Source: a virus (lineage: Duplodnaviria > Caudoviricetes). From it: DNA of 56,268 bases. The position numbers were made by a program, and so were the translations under genes. The stretch covers positions 1-56,268 of IMG/VR virus record IMGVR_UViG_3300036832_001266, one strand, 5' to 3'. The notes under the pieces are model-generated. The model did no database searches. It had not been told where the DNA came from and saw only the letters and a program-made list of their open reading frames with translations. This document shows positions 1-8,944 of this stretch, in pieces. Every line of letters starts with the position of its first letter. Position 1 is the first letter of the stretch.

Positions 1-3000
1 GTCAGGCGGTTGCCACCCCATCGGCGGAAACTGCGGTACATTCTGGGTGACGTAGGGCTCCGTTGGCGTCATCTGAACAAGCTGCTCCGGTCCAGATGGA
101 CCTCCTGGCAATCCAGGCACACCACCAGCCTCGCCAAGACCAGCGCCGCCACCAAATTCTGCGATCGGGGTAATTCCACCAGGCCCCTCTGCGCGCCCAG
201 GCGAAGCACCAGGCGTCATTGGTACAGGCCCAGCAGGCGCAGTGGGCTCAGTTGCCACCGCTGGTCCGCCGGGTCCTTGTCCGATTGGCCACAGACCTTC
301 TGGCCGATCCTGCGCAGCTTGTGTGAATGCCTGCATCGCCCTGTCATTAGCTTGTTGCAGCGCGCGGTCGCTGGCGACACTTTGCTTGTAATCGTTGATG
401 ACCTGTTGCAGCCCTTGCACGGCCTGCTGGACGGTTTGCTGGCCAACACCAAATGGCATCCCCCCTTCGCCTGTCTTCTTGATGGTGTCTGCGGAATACT
501 TGCCTCCAGACGATCTCGACATAAATTCGTAAATGTTCATTTTCCCATCGACCAAGGCTTGCCTTAGTTGTGGGGTAACATTCTGCTCATACTGTCTTGC
601 CTGTGTCCGTTGCTCTGCTGTCATGCGCTGGCGGCCACGTTCGAACGCTTCGGTCGCACGCTGCTGGGGCGTTCCCACCTTAGCCAGTTCCGGCGGCCCC
701 GGACCTGGCACTAAATCTGGCGGCCACTCGCCTTCCGGTGGGGCCTCAGCCGGCGGCTCGCCTTCCGGTGGGGCCTCAGCCGGCGGCTCGCCTTCCGGCG
801 CTGTCTCAGGCGGCTCCAGCGGTTCTTGATCAGATGGCGACAGCGGCGGTGCCGGCGGGATATCCACCAACGGCCCGCTAGTTACTTGTGGCGGAATGGT
901 CTCGCCGATATGCCCACCTGGTGGGATGTTGATGAGACCCGCCAGTTGTTCGAGTGTCGGTTGCGTCTCGGTCGCGGCATCTGTCGCACCCGCAACGGGC
1001 GGCCGTTCTGTCTCTCTCCCAATGCCAACACCAAGCTCTTCAGCGGTTGGCGCTACCGCCTCCGGCAAACCTGTAGGCAACGGACCACCAGGCTGCACTG
1101 GAGCAACTGGATAGCCAGGTCCCTGCGGCACGGGCCCGTAGGTCTGATAGGGCGCTGTCGGCTCGTAAGCACCGCCGCGAACATCAGCACCACCTTGGGG
1201 TGCTGAGATCGCTGCGGTGAGGCCACCGCCAAGCTCTTCAGCTGTAAGAGGCGCTGCCACAAGGCCCGACAGCGGCGCTGCTCCAGAAGGGCCGCCGCGC
1301 AAACCAGACACGCCACCGGCCTCACCAAGACCAGCGCGGCCTCCGAATGGAGGACTGGTCGGCGGTACCGGCAGCTGCATCGCCGGGGGCATCGGCACCG
1401 GCGCTGCAGGTGCCGGCGCAGATGGCGGCGTAGGTGCCTGCATCGGAGGTGCCGGCGCTGGTTGCGGCTCTGCTGCTGCTGGGGGCGTAGGTGCTTGCGG
1501 CGTCGTTGGCTCAACAACACGTGTCGGGGGTGTCCCTGTCGTTGTCGGGATTCCCGATCGTGCTAGCTCCGTTGGACTTTGTTCGATCCCTAAATTCCGC
1601 AGCGCCTGCGCCAACGGCACACCTTGATTCCCGACCCGATCATAAAGCTCCCAAGCCTGTCGATATTGCTCATCTGTGATGTGCTGATTGACAGCGTTGT
1701 TCTCGCCCACGTTGATTGCGCGAGCAATGGCAATAGCCATAGCCGGATTGTTGCGGATGAGGGCATCGTTAATCCGCATGTCACTAGGAAAGACCTCGCG
1801 TCCACCCGTCGTCGTGGTGCGATTCTCGCCTGTGTAGCTGCGAACTACAGCTCCAACAGTCCGATTGTTTCCCCTGTTCGCCAGGACCTGGAGCTGTGCC
1901 GCAATACCTTGGACAACGGTCGGAAATCCGGCTGAAGAATTGTAATTCCCCCTTGTTCGCCCGACGTCCTGAAAAACAGTTGCTCCGTATTGTCTCATCT
2001 CGGAAGGCCGGCCCCGCCCTTCGCCTATCGGTGGCGGCCCCAATGCTGAAAGTCCTCCCGGGTTATTCAGGCGTGATGCAACGCTTCCCTCTGGTCCAGT
2101 CCGATGCGTATTTTGTTGCCATTGCAGGCCAGAAACACGCTCGGCCGCACGAGACGCACCAGTGCGGCCGCCAGCAGCAGCAGGACCAATAGGCCGTGGC
2201 CCCGCCTGCCGAATAGCTTGGTTTCGCTGTTGCCGAGAAGACATTGGACCACGCTGTCCACGGCGCCCTTGCTCTCCGCGGCCGCGTGCTGGCCCGGGCG
2301 CCTCCGCTGCCTCCGCCGACGATGCCGCGATATCGGCTATCGAAGGCGGTCTTCCTTCCGCTGCCGGTTGCTGCGCCGCTCGTCGCTCTGCTGCTGCTCG
2401 ATCTCGCTCTCGCTGTTGTCGCTCTTGCTCTCGCTGTTGTTCTCCAGTTGGCCCGGGCGCGAGCCCAGCCAGCTGCCCTTGCGGTGCGAGCCCAACCTGT
2501 GACGAGAGATCAGTCGGCGTTGTTCCTGGCGCGAGACCGGCTGTTGTGCCTGCTTGTGTTGTAGGACGCTGAAGCAGCGGCTGCTGTGCCTGCTGAGGCG
2601 ATACGCCTGTTGGCGATGGCTCCGGTGTCGGAACCAGCGTCTGACCGGACGTGTCACCGCGCTGCGTAAAGCTCGGCTGCTGCCCTCCCTCAAATCCGCC
2701 TGGTTGGAAGCCTGGACTTGCTACTTGTCCCTTACCACCGCCACCTGGCTCCAATCCTCCCGGTGTGAATCCTGGTTCCCGCCCTCCCGGAGGCCCTCCA
2801 AACGTACCTTGCCCTCCTAGCCCGCCGATGCTTGGGGGGGCTGTTGGTGGTGGCGGCGCTGTCGGTGGCCCCGGCAGCGGTCCACCCGGCTCAGGCGTCG
2901 GCGTCTGCACGTTCACCGGCGGCACATCACTTCGTTCAGGAGGAGCGATGGGAATCGTTCCTGTAGGGTCTGGCGTTACCCCTCCTCCAGCCGGTCCAAC

Positions 3001-5157
3001 TGGGGCAAGTTGGCTAGTGCCTTTCTCGTCTGTCGGAGCTTGTGGCTGTGAAGGCGGACCCGGACCCGGCTCATACGGGGTGCCGCTCTCCATCATCTTG
3101 GTTTCTTCGTCTATCGCCCGTGCAACATCTGGGCTCGTGGCGGTGTACGAACGCTGCGATCCCAACTCGAAATCGCCCGGCGCAGGCGTCGCCGCAGGCG
3201 GCGCATTGCCCAACGGTCCTCGATTACTGTCACCGAAAATCCCACCCTCGCGTCCTGCCGAGTCGCCGGCTGGTACAATCTGATTTGCCTCGCCCGTCTT
3301 CGCCGCGTAAAGCTGACTGCCTGGCCCAAGGATTTGATTTTCGGGTCGTGCCCCTTCCAGTCCCGGCACCAACTGGTTGCGATCGCGATCACTTGCATCA
3401 GTTCGCACGTTGGGATCAGTCAAAGCCGCGAATTGCTGCAAACCACCAAGCGGCTGATCGCTGCTGGGCGTCAGCAAGTCCATGGTGTCAGGCGCGAACG
3501 CGCCGCCGCCAATGACGTTGTCACCACCGATTAGGCCGCCGCCGCTCGGGACAAAGTCTTGGTTAAGACTCGCGACCTGCGCGCCGCCCTGTGATGGCGC
3601 CTGACCAAACATCTGACCGCCCGACAGCAAATCCAATGTGTCAGCAGAAGGAGCGAACGTGTCAGCAGAGGGAGAAAACGTGTCCGGCCCCAGGCCTGCT
3701 ACTTGTGTCTGATCGGGCGCAGCTGCTGCTGGTGGCTCGAAGTCAGGCGAAACCATTTGACCGCCGGTGTCCCCAAGCCCGGCGACCTGCTGGACATCTC
3801 CAAGGCCGACATTTTGGTCTGCTGCCTGCGTATCCGGCACGTTTCCTGTTAGCACCTTGACGCCCTGCCCGGGCGGTGACGGCGCTGGTATGCCTATTGG
3901 TGCTGCTGGTGAACCAAATTGACCAAACGGCCCACTAGGCGACACCCCCATTGCCTGGGCAGCGGCTAGGACTCCGGAGAGCGACGTCGCCTGCGCCACC
4001 GCGGCAGTCACCGCAGGTACCTGCGATTGGGGAGCGTTCAAGATGGCATTGGATGCAGCCGCGTTCTGTGTACCGAGAACAGAAGTACCAAGCTCGACCG
4101 AGGCCTCGGCCGGGCTGACGGCGAAGCCGGTCGCAGCTGCAAGCGCGCTCGGGCTGCTCGGGGTGACGCCAGCTATCACATCTTCCATGGACATGCCGAA
4201 ACCCTCGGGGTCAGCCTGGGCTGCGCCAAAGGCCTGGCCGATGTCCATTCCAGGGGTAGCACAGGCGAAGCCGGCCTGCCCAAAGCTGCCCAAATCCTGG
4301 CCGCTGAGGCCGCCGAAGCCGCCGCTTATGCAGCCTGCTGCCGTATCAGCAGCTGCACTTGCGTCGACACTTGTCCCGGCAGCTGCAGCAGCAGCTGCGC
4401 TTTCTGCAGCAGAACCGAAATCAGGACCGCCTGCTGGGGTGCAGCCGCCGGGAACACAACCGCCAACATCAGCCGACGGGCTGGCACCAACATCGACCCC
4501 GCTGCAGGAACCGCCTTGACCAGTGCAAGAACCGCAGCCACCGACGCAGCCGCCGCCGCCACAGGCACAGGCACCGCACGCACCCGTGCCACAGGCACCG
4601 CCGGTGCAGCCGCACGCGCCCCCGCCGCAACTGCAGGCACAGCCACCACAGCCGACGTCAGCACCGCAGGAGCCAGAGCCACAGCCAGTATCGCCACAGC
4701 CAGAATCGCCACAGCCGCCATCGCCGCAGCCGCAGCCGCCGCCGCCGCCACCGCCACCGCCACCGCCACCGATATCGGCGCAAGCACTGCAAGCGACCTG
4801 GGGCCGATCGACTATCAGGAAGGTTCGACCGTTGACTTGGCACCAGTCCTCGTTTGGCCCCATTAGCCGACGACGGCGCAAATTGACGTTCAATCGCCCT
4901 CCGTGAGACCACCTGGCAGCGCCATATCCATACTGCACGCCGCGTGCCGCATCGGTCATGGAAGGTGCAGGGAGCTGGCGCGGACGCTTCGGCGGCGGCC
5001 GGTATCCCTCCGGCAGCTCAGCTCTGCTCTTTAGGAAAAAACCGTCTGGCAGCGGTGGCGGGCGATGGCTGCGGAGACCACCGCCCGCCTGGCGCGCCTT
5101 CCGACGCCGTGGACAGTGCGTCGTCAGGCTTCCCTGTTTTCTAGCCTTCTTCGCCAT
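1..5157 (-). CDS. Giant putative internal virion (ejection) protein, 3'-truncated, >=1719 aa
   Basis: Partly hand-translated from ATG 5157 (MAKKARKQGS...); absence from the ORF track is consistent with no in-frame stop before the window edge; Gly/Cys domain, Pro/Gln-rich linkers, NNPG domain; lies after nozzle and GNAT-like genes. Confidence 0.8.
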   Translation of the reverse strand, partial: MAKKARKQGSLTTHCPRRRKARQAGGGLRSHRPPPLPDGFFLKSRAELPEGYRPPPKRPRQLPAPSMTDAARGVQYGYGAARWSHGGRLNVNLRRRRLMGPNEDWCQVNGRTFLIVDRPQVACSACADIGGGGGGGGGGGGCGCGDGGCGDSGCGDTGCGSGSCGADVGCGGCACSCGGGACGCTGGACGTGACGACACGGGGCVGGCGSCTGQGGSCSGVDVGASPSADVGGCVPGGCTPAGGPDFGSAAESAAAAAAAGTSVDASAAADTAAGCISGGFGGLSGQDLGSFGQAGFACATPGMDIGQAFGAAQADPEGFGMSMEDVIAGVTPSSPSALAAATGFAVSPAEASVELGTSVLGTQNAAASNAILNAPQSQVPAVTAAVAQATSLSGVLAAAQAMGVSPSGPFGQFGSPAAPIGIPAPSPPGQGVKVLTGNVPDTQAADQNVGLGDVQQVAGLGDTGGQMVSPDFEPPAAAAPDQTQVAGLGPDTFSPSADTFAPSADTLDLLSGGQMFGQAPSQGGAQVASLNQDFVPSGGGLIGGDNVIGGGAFAPDTMDLLTPSSDQPLGGLQQFAALTDPNVRTDASDRDRNQLVPGLEGARPENQILGPGSQLYAAKTGEANQIVPAGDSAGREGGIFGDSNRGPLGNAPPAATPAPGDFELGSQRSYTATSPDVARAIDEETKMMESGTPYEPGPGPPSQPQAPTDEKGTSQLAPVGPAGGGVTPDPTGTIPIAPPERSDVPPVNVQTPTPEPGGPLPGPPTAPPPPTAPPSIGGLGGQGTFGGPPGGREPGFTPGGLEPGGGGKGQVASPGFQPGGFEGGQQPSFTQRGDTSGQTLVPTPEPSPTGVSPQQAQQPLLQRPTTQAGTTAGLAPGTTPTDLSSQVGLAPQGQLAGLAPGPTGEQQREQERQQRERDRAAAERRAAQQPAAEGRPPSIADIAASSAEAAEAPGPARGRGEQGRRGQRGPMSSRQQRNQAIRQAGPRPIGPAAAGGRTGASRAAERVSGLQWQQNTHRTGPEGSVASRLNNPGGLSALGPPPIGEGRGRPSEMRQYGATVFQDVGRTRGNYNSSAGFPTVVQGIAAQLQVLANRGNNRTVGAVVRSYTGENRTTTTGGREVFPSDMRINDALIRNNPAMAIAIARAINVGENNAVNQHITDEQYRQAWELYDRVGNQGVPLAQALRNLGIEQSPTELARSGIPTTTGTPPTRVVEPTTPQAPTPPAAAEPQPAPAPPMQAPTPPSAPAPAAPVPMPPAMQLPVPPTSPPFGGRAGLGEAGGVSGLRGGPSGAAPLSGLVAAPLTAEELGGGLTAAISAPQGGADVRGGAYEPTAPYQTYGPVPQGPGYPVAPVQPGGPLPTGLPEAVAPTAEELGVGIGRETERPPVAGATDAATETQPTLEQLAGLINIPPGGHIGETIPPQVTSGPLVDIPPAPPLSPSDQEPLEPPETAPEGEPPAEAPPEGEPPAEAPPEGEWPPDLVPGPGPPELAKVGTPQQRATEAFERGRQRMTAEQRTQARQYEQNVTPQLRQALVDGKMNIYEFMSRSSGGKYSADTIKKTGEGGMPFGVGQQTVQQAVQGLQQVINDYKQSVASDRALQQANDRAMQAFTQAAQDRPEGLWPIGQGPGGPAVATEPTAPAGPVPMTPGASPGRAEGPGGITPIAEFGGGAGLGEAGGVPGLPGGPSGPEQLVQMTPTEPYVTQNVPQFPPMGWQPPD
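727..798 (+). repeat. 30-bp tandem repeat (~2.4 copies) encoding PEGEPPAEAP in the giant ORF
   Basis: CTCGCCTTCCGGTGGGGCCTCAGCCGGCGG x2 plus a partial copy. Confidence 0.9.
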
Positions 5158-5656
5158 CTCTTGCGGCCAGCTCGCTGTAACCGAGAACCCTCAGTTCAAC
5201 CTCGGTCGGTTGCGGGCCCATCAAACTCTTCACCCGCGTCGTACCGTGCGACATCCAGCCGTCAAGCACCCGCAGCCATCCTCTGCGGCCGTAGGCAATC
5301 ATTCGATGACATCCCGCCTGCTTACCCCAAGCCTCCATCTTGGGATAAAGCCCGTCTCTGACCTCCTTCAAATTGCCGCCGACCAACCAGACGTGCAGCT
5401 CTTTTAACCCGGTCGGCCAAAGCGCCACCCTGACGACCGCAGCGCAGTGTGGCATCGAAAAGAAGAAGACGTTACGCCTTGCAGAAAGCTCCTGCCAGAG
5501 CTGTTCCATGTCGTGCGTTCGTCCGAAGCGGGAGATCGCGCCATCGAGCCATGGCCAACAGCGCTCGTATTCCGCACGAAACCGCCGTAGCCGTTCGAGC
5601 ATTTCAGGTGAGACAAGAGTCCCCGGCGCTCTCGCTATCTCCTGGCCCGAATCCAT
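5141..5656 (-). CDS. GNAT-fold/acetyltransferase-like virion-module protein
   Basis: LHVWLVGG...EAWGKQAGC...YGRRGWLRVL motif typical of the podoviral gene preceding internal proteins. Confidence 0.65.
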   Translation of the reverse strand: MDSGQEIARAPGTLVSPEMLERLRRFRAEYERCWPWLDGAISRFGRTHDMEQLWQELSARRNVFFFSMPHCAAVVRVALWPTGLKELHVWLVGGNLKEVRDGLYPKMEAWGKQAGCHRMIAYGRRGWLRVLDGWMSHGTTRVKSLMGPQPTEVELRVLGYSELAARDGEEG

Positions 5657-5667
5657 GCCTCAGCCTA

Positions 5668-6762
5668 TCACACGAAGGCGTTGTCCTTAGCGTAGAAATC
5701 CTCGAGCGCAACCTGTTTGTGGAAGCCAAACTTGTCGTCGATGAAGTTGTTCGCGATCTGGCCCAAGATGAGAAACTTCAGCGAGCCGCGTTTAATCTTG
5801 GTGTCGCGGTAATTGGCGTCCTTGGTGAAATTGAAGATCAGCTCCTTTGCCGGCCACTTGTAGCTGCGCCATCCGTTGGTGAGCCGCTGCTCGGTGTTGC
5901 CCATACTCCAGAGCTGAAAGCCCTCCGTGTTGTAGAACGGCGCATAGAACTTGCGCAGATACGTTTCGGAAAGCAGGCGTGCGTTCCGCTCCGCCGTGTA
6001 GTTTAGCATTCGCATATAAACCGTCTGCCATTTCAGCACGAAATTGATCCACCAAAAATGATCGTAGTTTGTGCTTAAAGTAATGGGCGCGTTGTCGCAC
6101 AGGCGCTCGAACAGTTCGACGTAGCGCGGTGCATCATCACCCATTCCTTCTCCGCTCAATCCTTCTACAAAAAACGCCGCGAAAAGGTTCCGGTTGTACG
6201 GCCCGCAAACAGCATCCGCGCCAAAACGATTGATCGCCGGCGCGATGATATCGGAACCGAAGAGTTGATCGTTGTGCTCACCATTCACGAGCACGACCGG
6301 CGTCCCGATAATGTAGGGGAACAGCATTGCCGACTCGCGACGCAGCTGTCCGCGAATGTACTTTTGATAGAACAGCGGATATTCGGCAATCGACTCTTCC
6401 GACATCAGCACGACCAGCCGCTCTTTCTGCGCCGGGCTCGCGTTCTTGAGCAGCGACACCAGAAGACAGGTGCTATCAATACCACCGGACCAGAATGCAT
6501 AGAGCCAAGTGTCTAGTCTTTCCGCGCGCGCGAGCAGCTGCTGAGCACGCTCGTTACACAACTCCTCGTAAGTCTTGGTGAACATACGCATCTGCGGTAG
6601 CGGGAACATCGAGCGCATCCGCACGGGAAACTTGAGCACGCCGCTACGGTCAACGGGCGCAGTGGTCGGGCCATACACTTTGAAATACGAAAGAAAATGC
6701 TTGATGCACGGAGAATCCTGATATCTGGCAAGGTAGTTTGCGTTGTAGAACGTGAATCTCAA
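5668..6762 (-). CDS. PP-loop (adenine nucleotide alpha-hydrolase) enzyme, asparagine-synthetase C-terminal-like
   Basis: AFWSGGIDST and LVNGEHNDQLFG motifs; probable TTG start at 6762 overlapping the upstream TGA, with AGGAG RBS. Confidence 0.75.
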   Translation of the reverse strand: MRFTFYNANYLARYQDSPCIKHFLSYFKVYGPTTAPVDRSGVLKFPVRMRSMFPLPQMRMFTKTYEELCNERAQQLLARAERLDTWLYAFWSGGIDSTCLLVSLLKNASPAQKERLVVLMSEESIAEYPLFYQKYIRGQLRRESAMLFPYIIGTPVVLVNGEHNDQLFGSDIIAPAINRFGADAVCGPYNRNLFAAFFVEGLSGEGMGDDAPRYVELFERLCDNAPITLSTNYDHFWWINFVLKWQTVYMRMLNYTAERNARLLSETYLRKFYAPFYNTEGFQLWSMGNTEQRLTNGWRSYKWPAKELIFNFTKDANYRDTKIKRGSLKFLILGQIANNFIDDKFGFHKQVALEDFYAKDNAFV

Positions 6763-7412
6763 AACGCCGATCTCCTGTACATGTCCCAACGAAAGTCTTT
6801 GAGGATGGTGTCTAGCCCATCTTCGGCGTCCCGCACCAAGTTGAAATACTTCAGCCGCAGCAGTTCGCTTTTCAGGAGGCCATCATCGTCTAGCTTCGCT
6901 TTGAACAATATTTCGTCAGCCGCAGCACGCAGCGTGAGCCCGGCAAAATCAGCATACTGCAGCACGTAGGGATACAGCAGTATGTCGATCTCTGGATAGC
7001 CCAGGTCCTTGAACCGCTGCGCCTGTGTCTTTTTGGTTTGGTAGATGGTCTCCTGCATGATGAGGCCGCGCCAGAGCGGATAACGCGCGACCGACAATTC
7101 GTAGATGATCTCCTGAAGCGCTGAACACTTTCTAACCGCTAACGCTGCGCGCCGCTTCAGCTCATCGGTGAGCAGCTCCTTTGCTGTCGGCGAAAAAAGC
7201 CGGGCTGTTTCGTGCCAGGTCCAATTTGGGTAGGCCTTATGAGCTTCATTCGCGAGTATGAAATTGCTTCGGTAGTTGGGCCAGTTGACGCCGTGCCATT
7301 CCTCAGCCTCAAGCGGCTGTGACCGCGCAAGAAACGAGATGATGTTCGGCTGTGTGCTCAAAGAAAGCAGCGCCGATGTCGAAGCATCGACGAGCGCGCT
7401 GAAGGGCGTCAT
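6759..7412 (-). CDS. Hypothetical protein; C-terminal half resembles phage fibre-assembly/chaperone-like helical domains
   Basis: 217 aa; QETIYQTKKTQAQ...YPYVLQYA...GLTLRAAADEILFKA pattern; translationally coupled on both sides. Confidence 0.55.
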   Translation of the reverse strand: MTPFSALVDASTSALLSLSTQPNIISFLARSQPLEAEEWHGVNWPNYRSNFILANEAHKAYPNWTWHETARLFSPTAKELLTDELKRRAALAVRKCSALQEIIYELSVARYPLWRGLIMQETIYQTKKTQAQRFKDLGYPEIDILLYPYVLQYADFAGLTLRAAADEILFKAKLDDDGLLKSELLRLKYFNLVRDAEDGLDTILKDFRWDMYRRSAF

Positions 7413-7807
7413 TTCACATAGCCGCCCATCCAGTAGGCCAGACCGCCGAGCCAGAAGCGGCGCAGCATGTCACGCTGCATCGGGTGCATAGCGTTGAGCC
7501 GCCTCTGGCCCTCCATCAGGCGCTGGATGGTCGCGATGTAGGCCGGGTCTTGATAGCCCTGCGGCATCGGCATCATGGGCTCCAGGCGTACGGGGTCCTG
7601 CGCCGGCGGCAGATCGGGATCGCGGTTGTGGTCGACCAGGCCGCCGACCGGGCCGCCCTCGGCACGACCGGCGCGGCGCTGGGTCTCATAGGCGATCGCA
7701 AGCGCCTGCTCGCGCGATTGCACATGCGGGGACTTGCCGACCTCGCCCATCAGGGTGCGGATGTTCTGCTGACGGGCGGCGTCGCTACCCGATTTGATCA
7801 GAGGCAT
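7409..7807 (-). CDS. Small virion-associated protein (QALAIA motif, RAEGG)
   Basis: MPLIKSGS...NIRTL...EQALAIAY motif recurrent in phage structural regions. Confidence 0.65.
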   Translation of the reverse strand: MPLIKSGSDAARQQNIRTLMGEVGKSPHVQSREQALAIAYETQRRAGRAEGGPVGGLVDHNRDPDLPPAQDPVRLEPMMPMPQGYQDPAYIATIQRLMEGQRRLNAMHPMQRDMLRRFWLGGLAYWMGGYVK

Positions 7808-8210
7808 CTTCGATCACCCCATCTGGGCCGATCTTGATCCAACCAGTGTTGTGCGCCTCCGGCTCGGGATATTTCTGCGGCGGCGGTATGTCCTTTGCCG
7901 GCTTCTCCATCAGCACGAGGCCCCCGTCCTCGATCCAATAGGTATTCGGGGCTGTCTGCAGGTGCAGGTGTCGTTTTGCCGGCACCGGCTTCCAGCCAAC
8001 CTCGATCATCTGCGCGATGTTGCCCAGGTCCGGCTCATCGGCCGTGATGAAAATCCGCTTCCACTGGTAGACCATGCCGAGCGGTGGTTCCAGCTTCATC
8101 GCTATGGCAGTTACTGTCGGCTCGGGGAGCACCTCCACAGCTGCTACTTTAGCAGCCGGAATAGCCGCGGCCGCGATGCCGAACATCTTGAGAATCTCAC
8201 GACGGTCCAT
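7785..8210 (-). CDS. Twin-arginine-signal-like protein, paralogue of 23876..24472
   Basis: MDRREILKMFGIAAAA N-terminus; YQWKR...GWKPV...LVLMEKP; strong GGAGGA RBS. Confidence 0.7.
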   Translation of the reverse strand: MDRREILKMFGIAAAAIPAAKVAAVEVLPEPTVTAIAMKLEPPLGMVYQWKRIFITADEPDLGNIAQMIEVGWKPVPAKRHLHLQTAPNTYWIEDGGLVLMEKPAKDIPPPQKYPEPEAHNTGWIKIGPDGVIEDASDQIG

Positions 8211-8436
8211 TGTCCTCCTCCTTCTTAAAACGGTCCCGCAACGCTATCAGCGCGCGCCGGTTCTGGTAGGAAACAAAATCCCGGCTGGCGAGATGGGCAC
8301 CCAGCCGCAAGGCGTCGATACGCGCGATCTGCGCCTCGACCTCTTTCAGATCGACCTGCGGCATCTCAACCATCACCGACTCGCCCATAACATCCCGACG
8401 ATAGGCCTGCGCGAGGTAGTCGTTCAAGTCGATCAT
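8197..8436 (-). CDS. Hypothetical protein
   Basis: ORF overlapping the next gene; start uncertain (8436 or 8595). Confidence 0.55.
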   Translation of the reverse strand: MIDLNDYLAQAYRRDVMGESVMVEMPQVDLKEVEAQIARIDALRLGAHLASRDFVSYQNRRALIALRDRFKKEEDNGPS

Positions 8437-8501
8437 GACATTTCTGGTTGATCTTCGTAGTGCCCTCGATAGCACTTCTTGCTCTAAGGCAGACAAATGC
8501 C

Positions 8502-8663
8502 TCACTTGCCGATCATCCTGTTTTGCAGCGCCGCATGCAGCCGCTGGAACGCCTGCACGGTCAGCAGCATTTCCTCGCTTAATTGATCGATCCAAAGAAA
8601 GCCCTCAGTCTGTGAAACAGGAGGTGGTACCGAAACAGGAGCAGTCGTCGGCGTCGAGATCAT
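8502..8663 (-). CDS. Hypothetical protein (53 aa)
   Basis: ATG 1 nt after the upstream stop, GGAG RBS. Confidence 0.45.
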   Translation of the reverse strand: MISTPTTAPVSVPPPVSQTEGFLWIDQLSEEMLLTVQAFQRLHAALQNRMIGK

Positions 8664-8664
8664 C

Positions 8665-8925
8665 TCACGCTCCCACCACTGTCCAATTCGCGCCATTGTA
8701 GAAGGCGAGTACGGTGTGTGTCCCGCTTCCGGCTATGACGCTACCCCAGGTGTTGACGGTGCTATCACTGATACACGCGATCGCGCCGGTTGTGATCGGC
8801 GCCGGCAGACTGGCGAATGTAACCGGCGTGAGCGCATAACCGGTTGCCTGCTCGATGTGATCGGCCAGCGCGTACACCGCTTGCGTTATCAGGCGCTGCC
8901 GAGAAGCAAGGGCGTCACCTCTCAT
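8665..8925 (-). CDS. Small tail protein carrying the module shared with the tailspike C-termini
   Basis: FASLP...ISDS...GSG...YNGANWTVVGA; follows the nozzle gene. Confidence 0.7.
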   Translation of the reverse strand: MRGDALASRQRLITQAVYALADHIEQATGYALTPVTFASLPAPITTGAIACISDSTVNTWGSVIAGSGTHTVLAFYNGANWTVVGA

Positions 8926-8944
8926 GACACATCTATGCTCCGCA

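Noticed and set aside
4326-4912. Ala/Val, Pro/Gln and Arg/His low-complexity ORFs in other frames
   Set aside because: Alternative readings of the GGC/TGC-rich block; only the Gly/Cys frame is continuous with the giant ORF
5668-6762. QueC (deazaguanine DNA modification) or a canonical lasso-peptide cluster
   Set aside because: No QueC C-terminal Cys/Zn motif, no queD/queE/folE/dpdA, and no lasso B1/B2 genes recognisable
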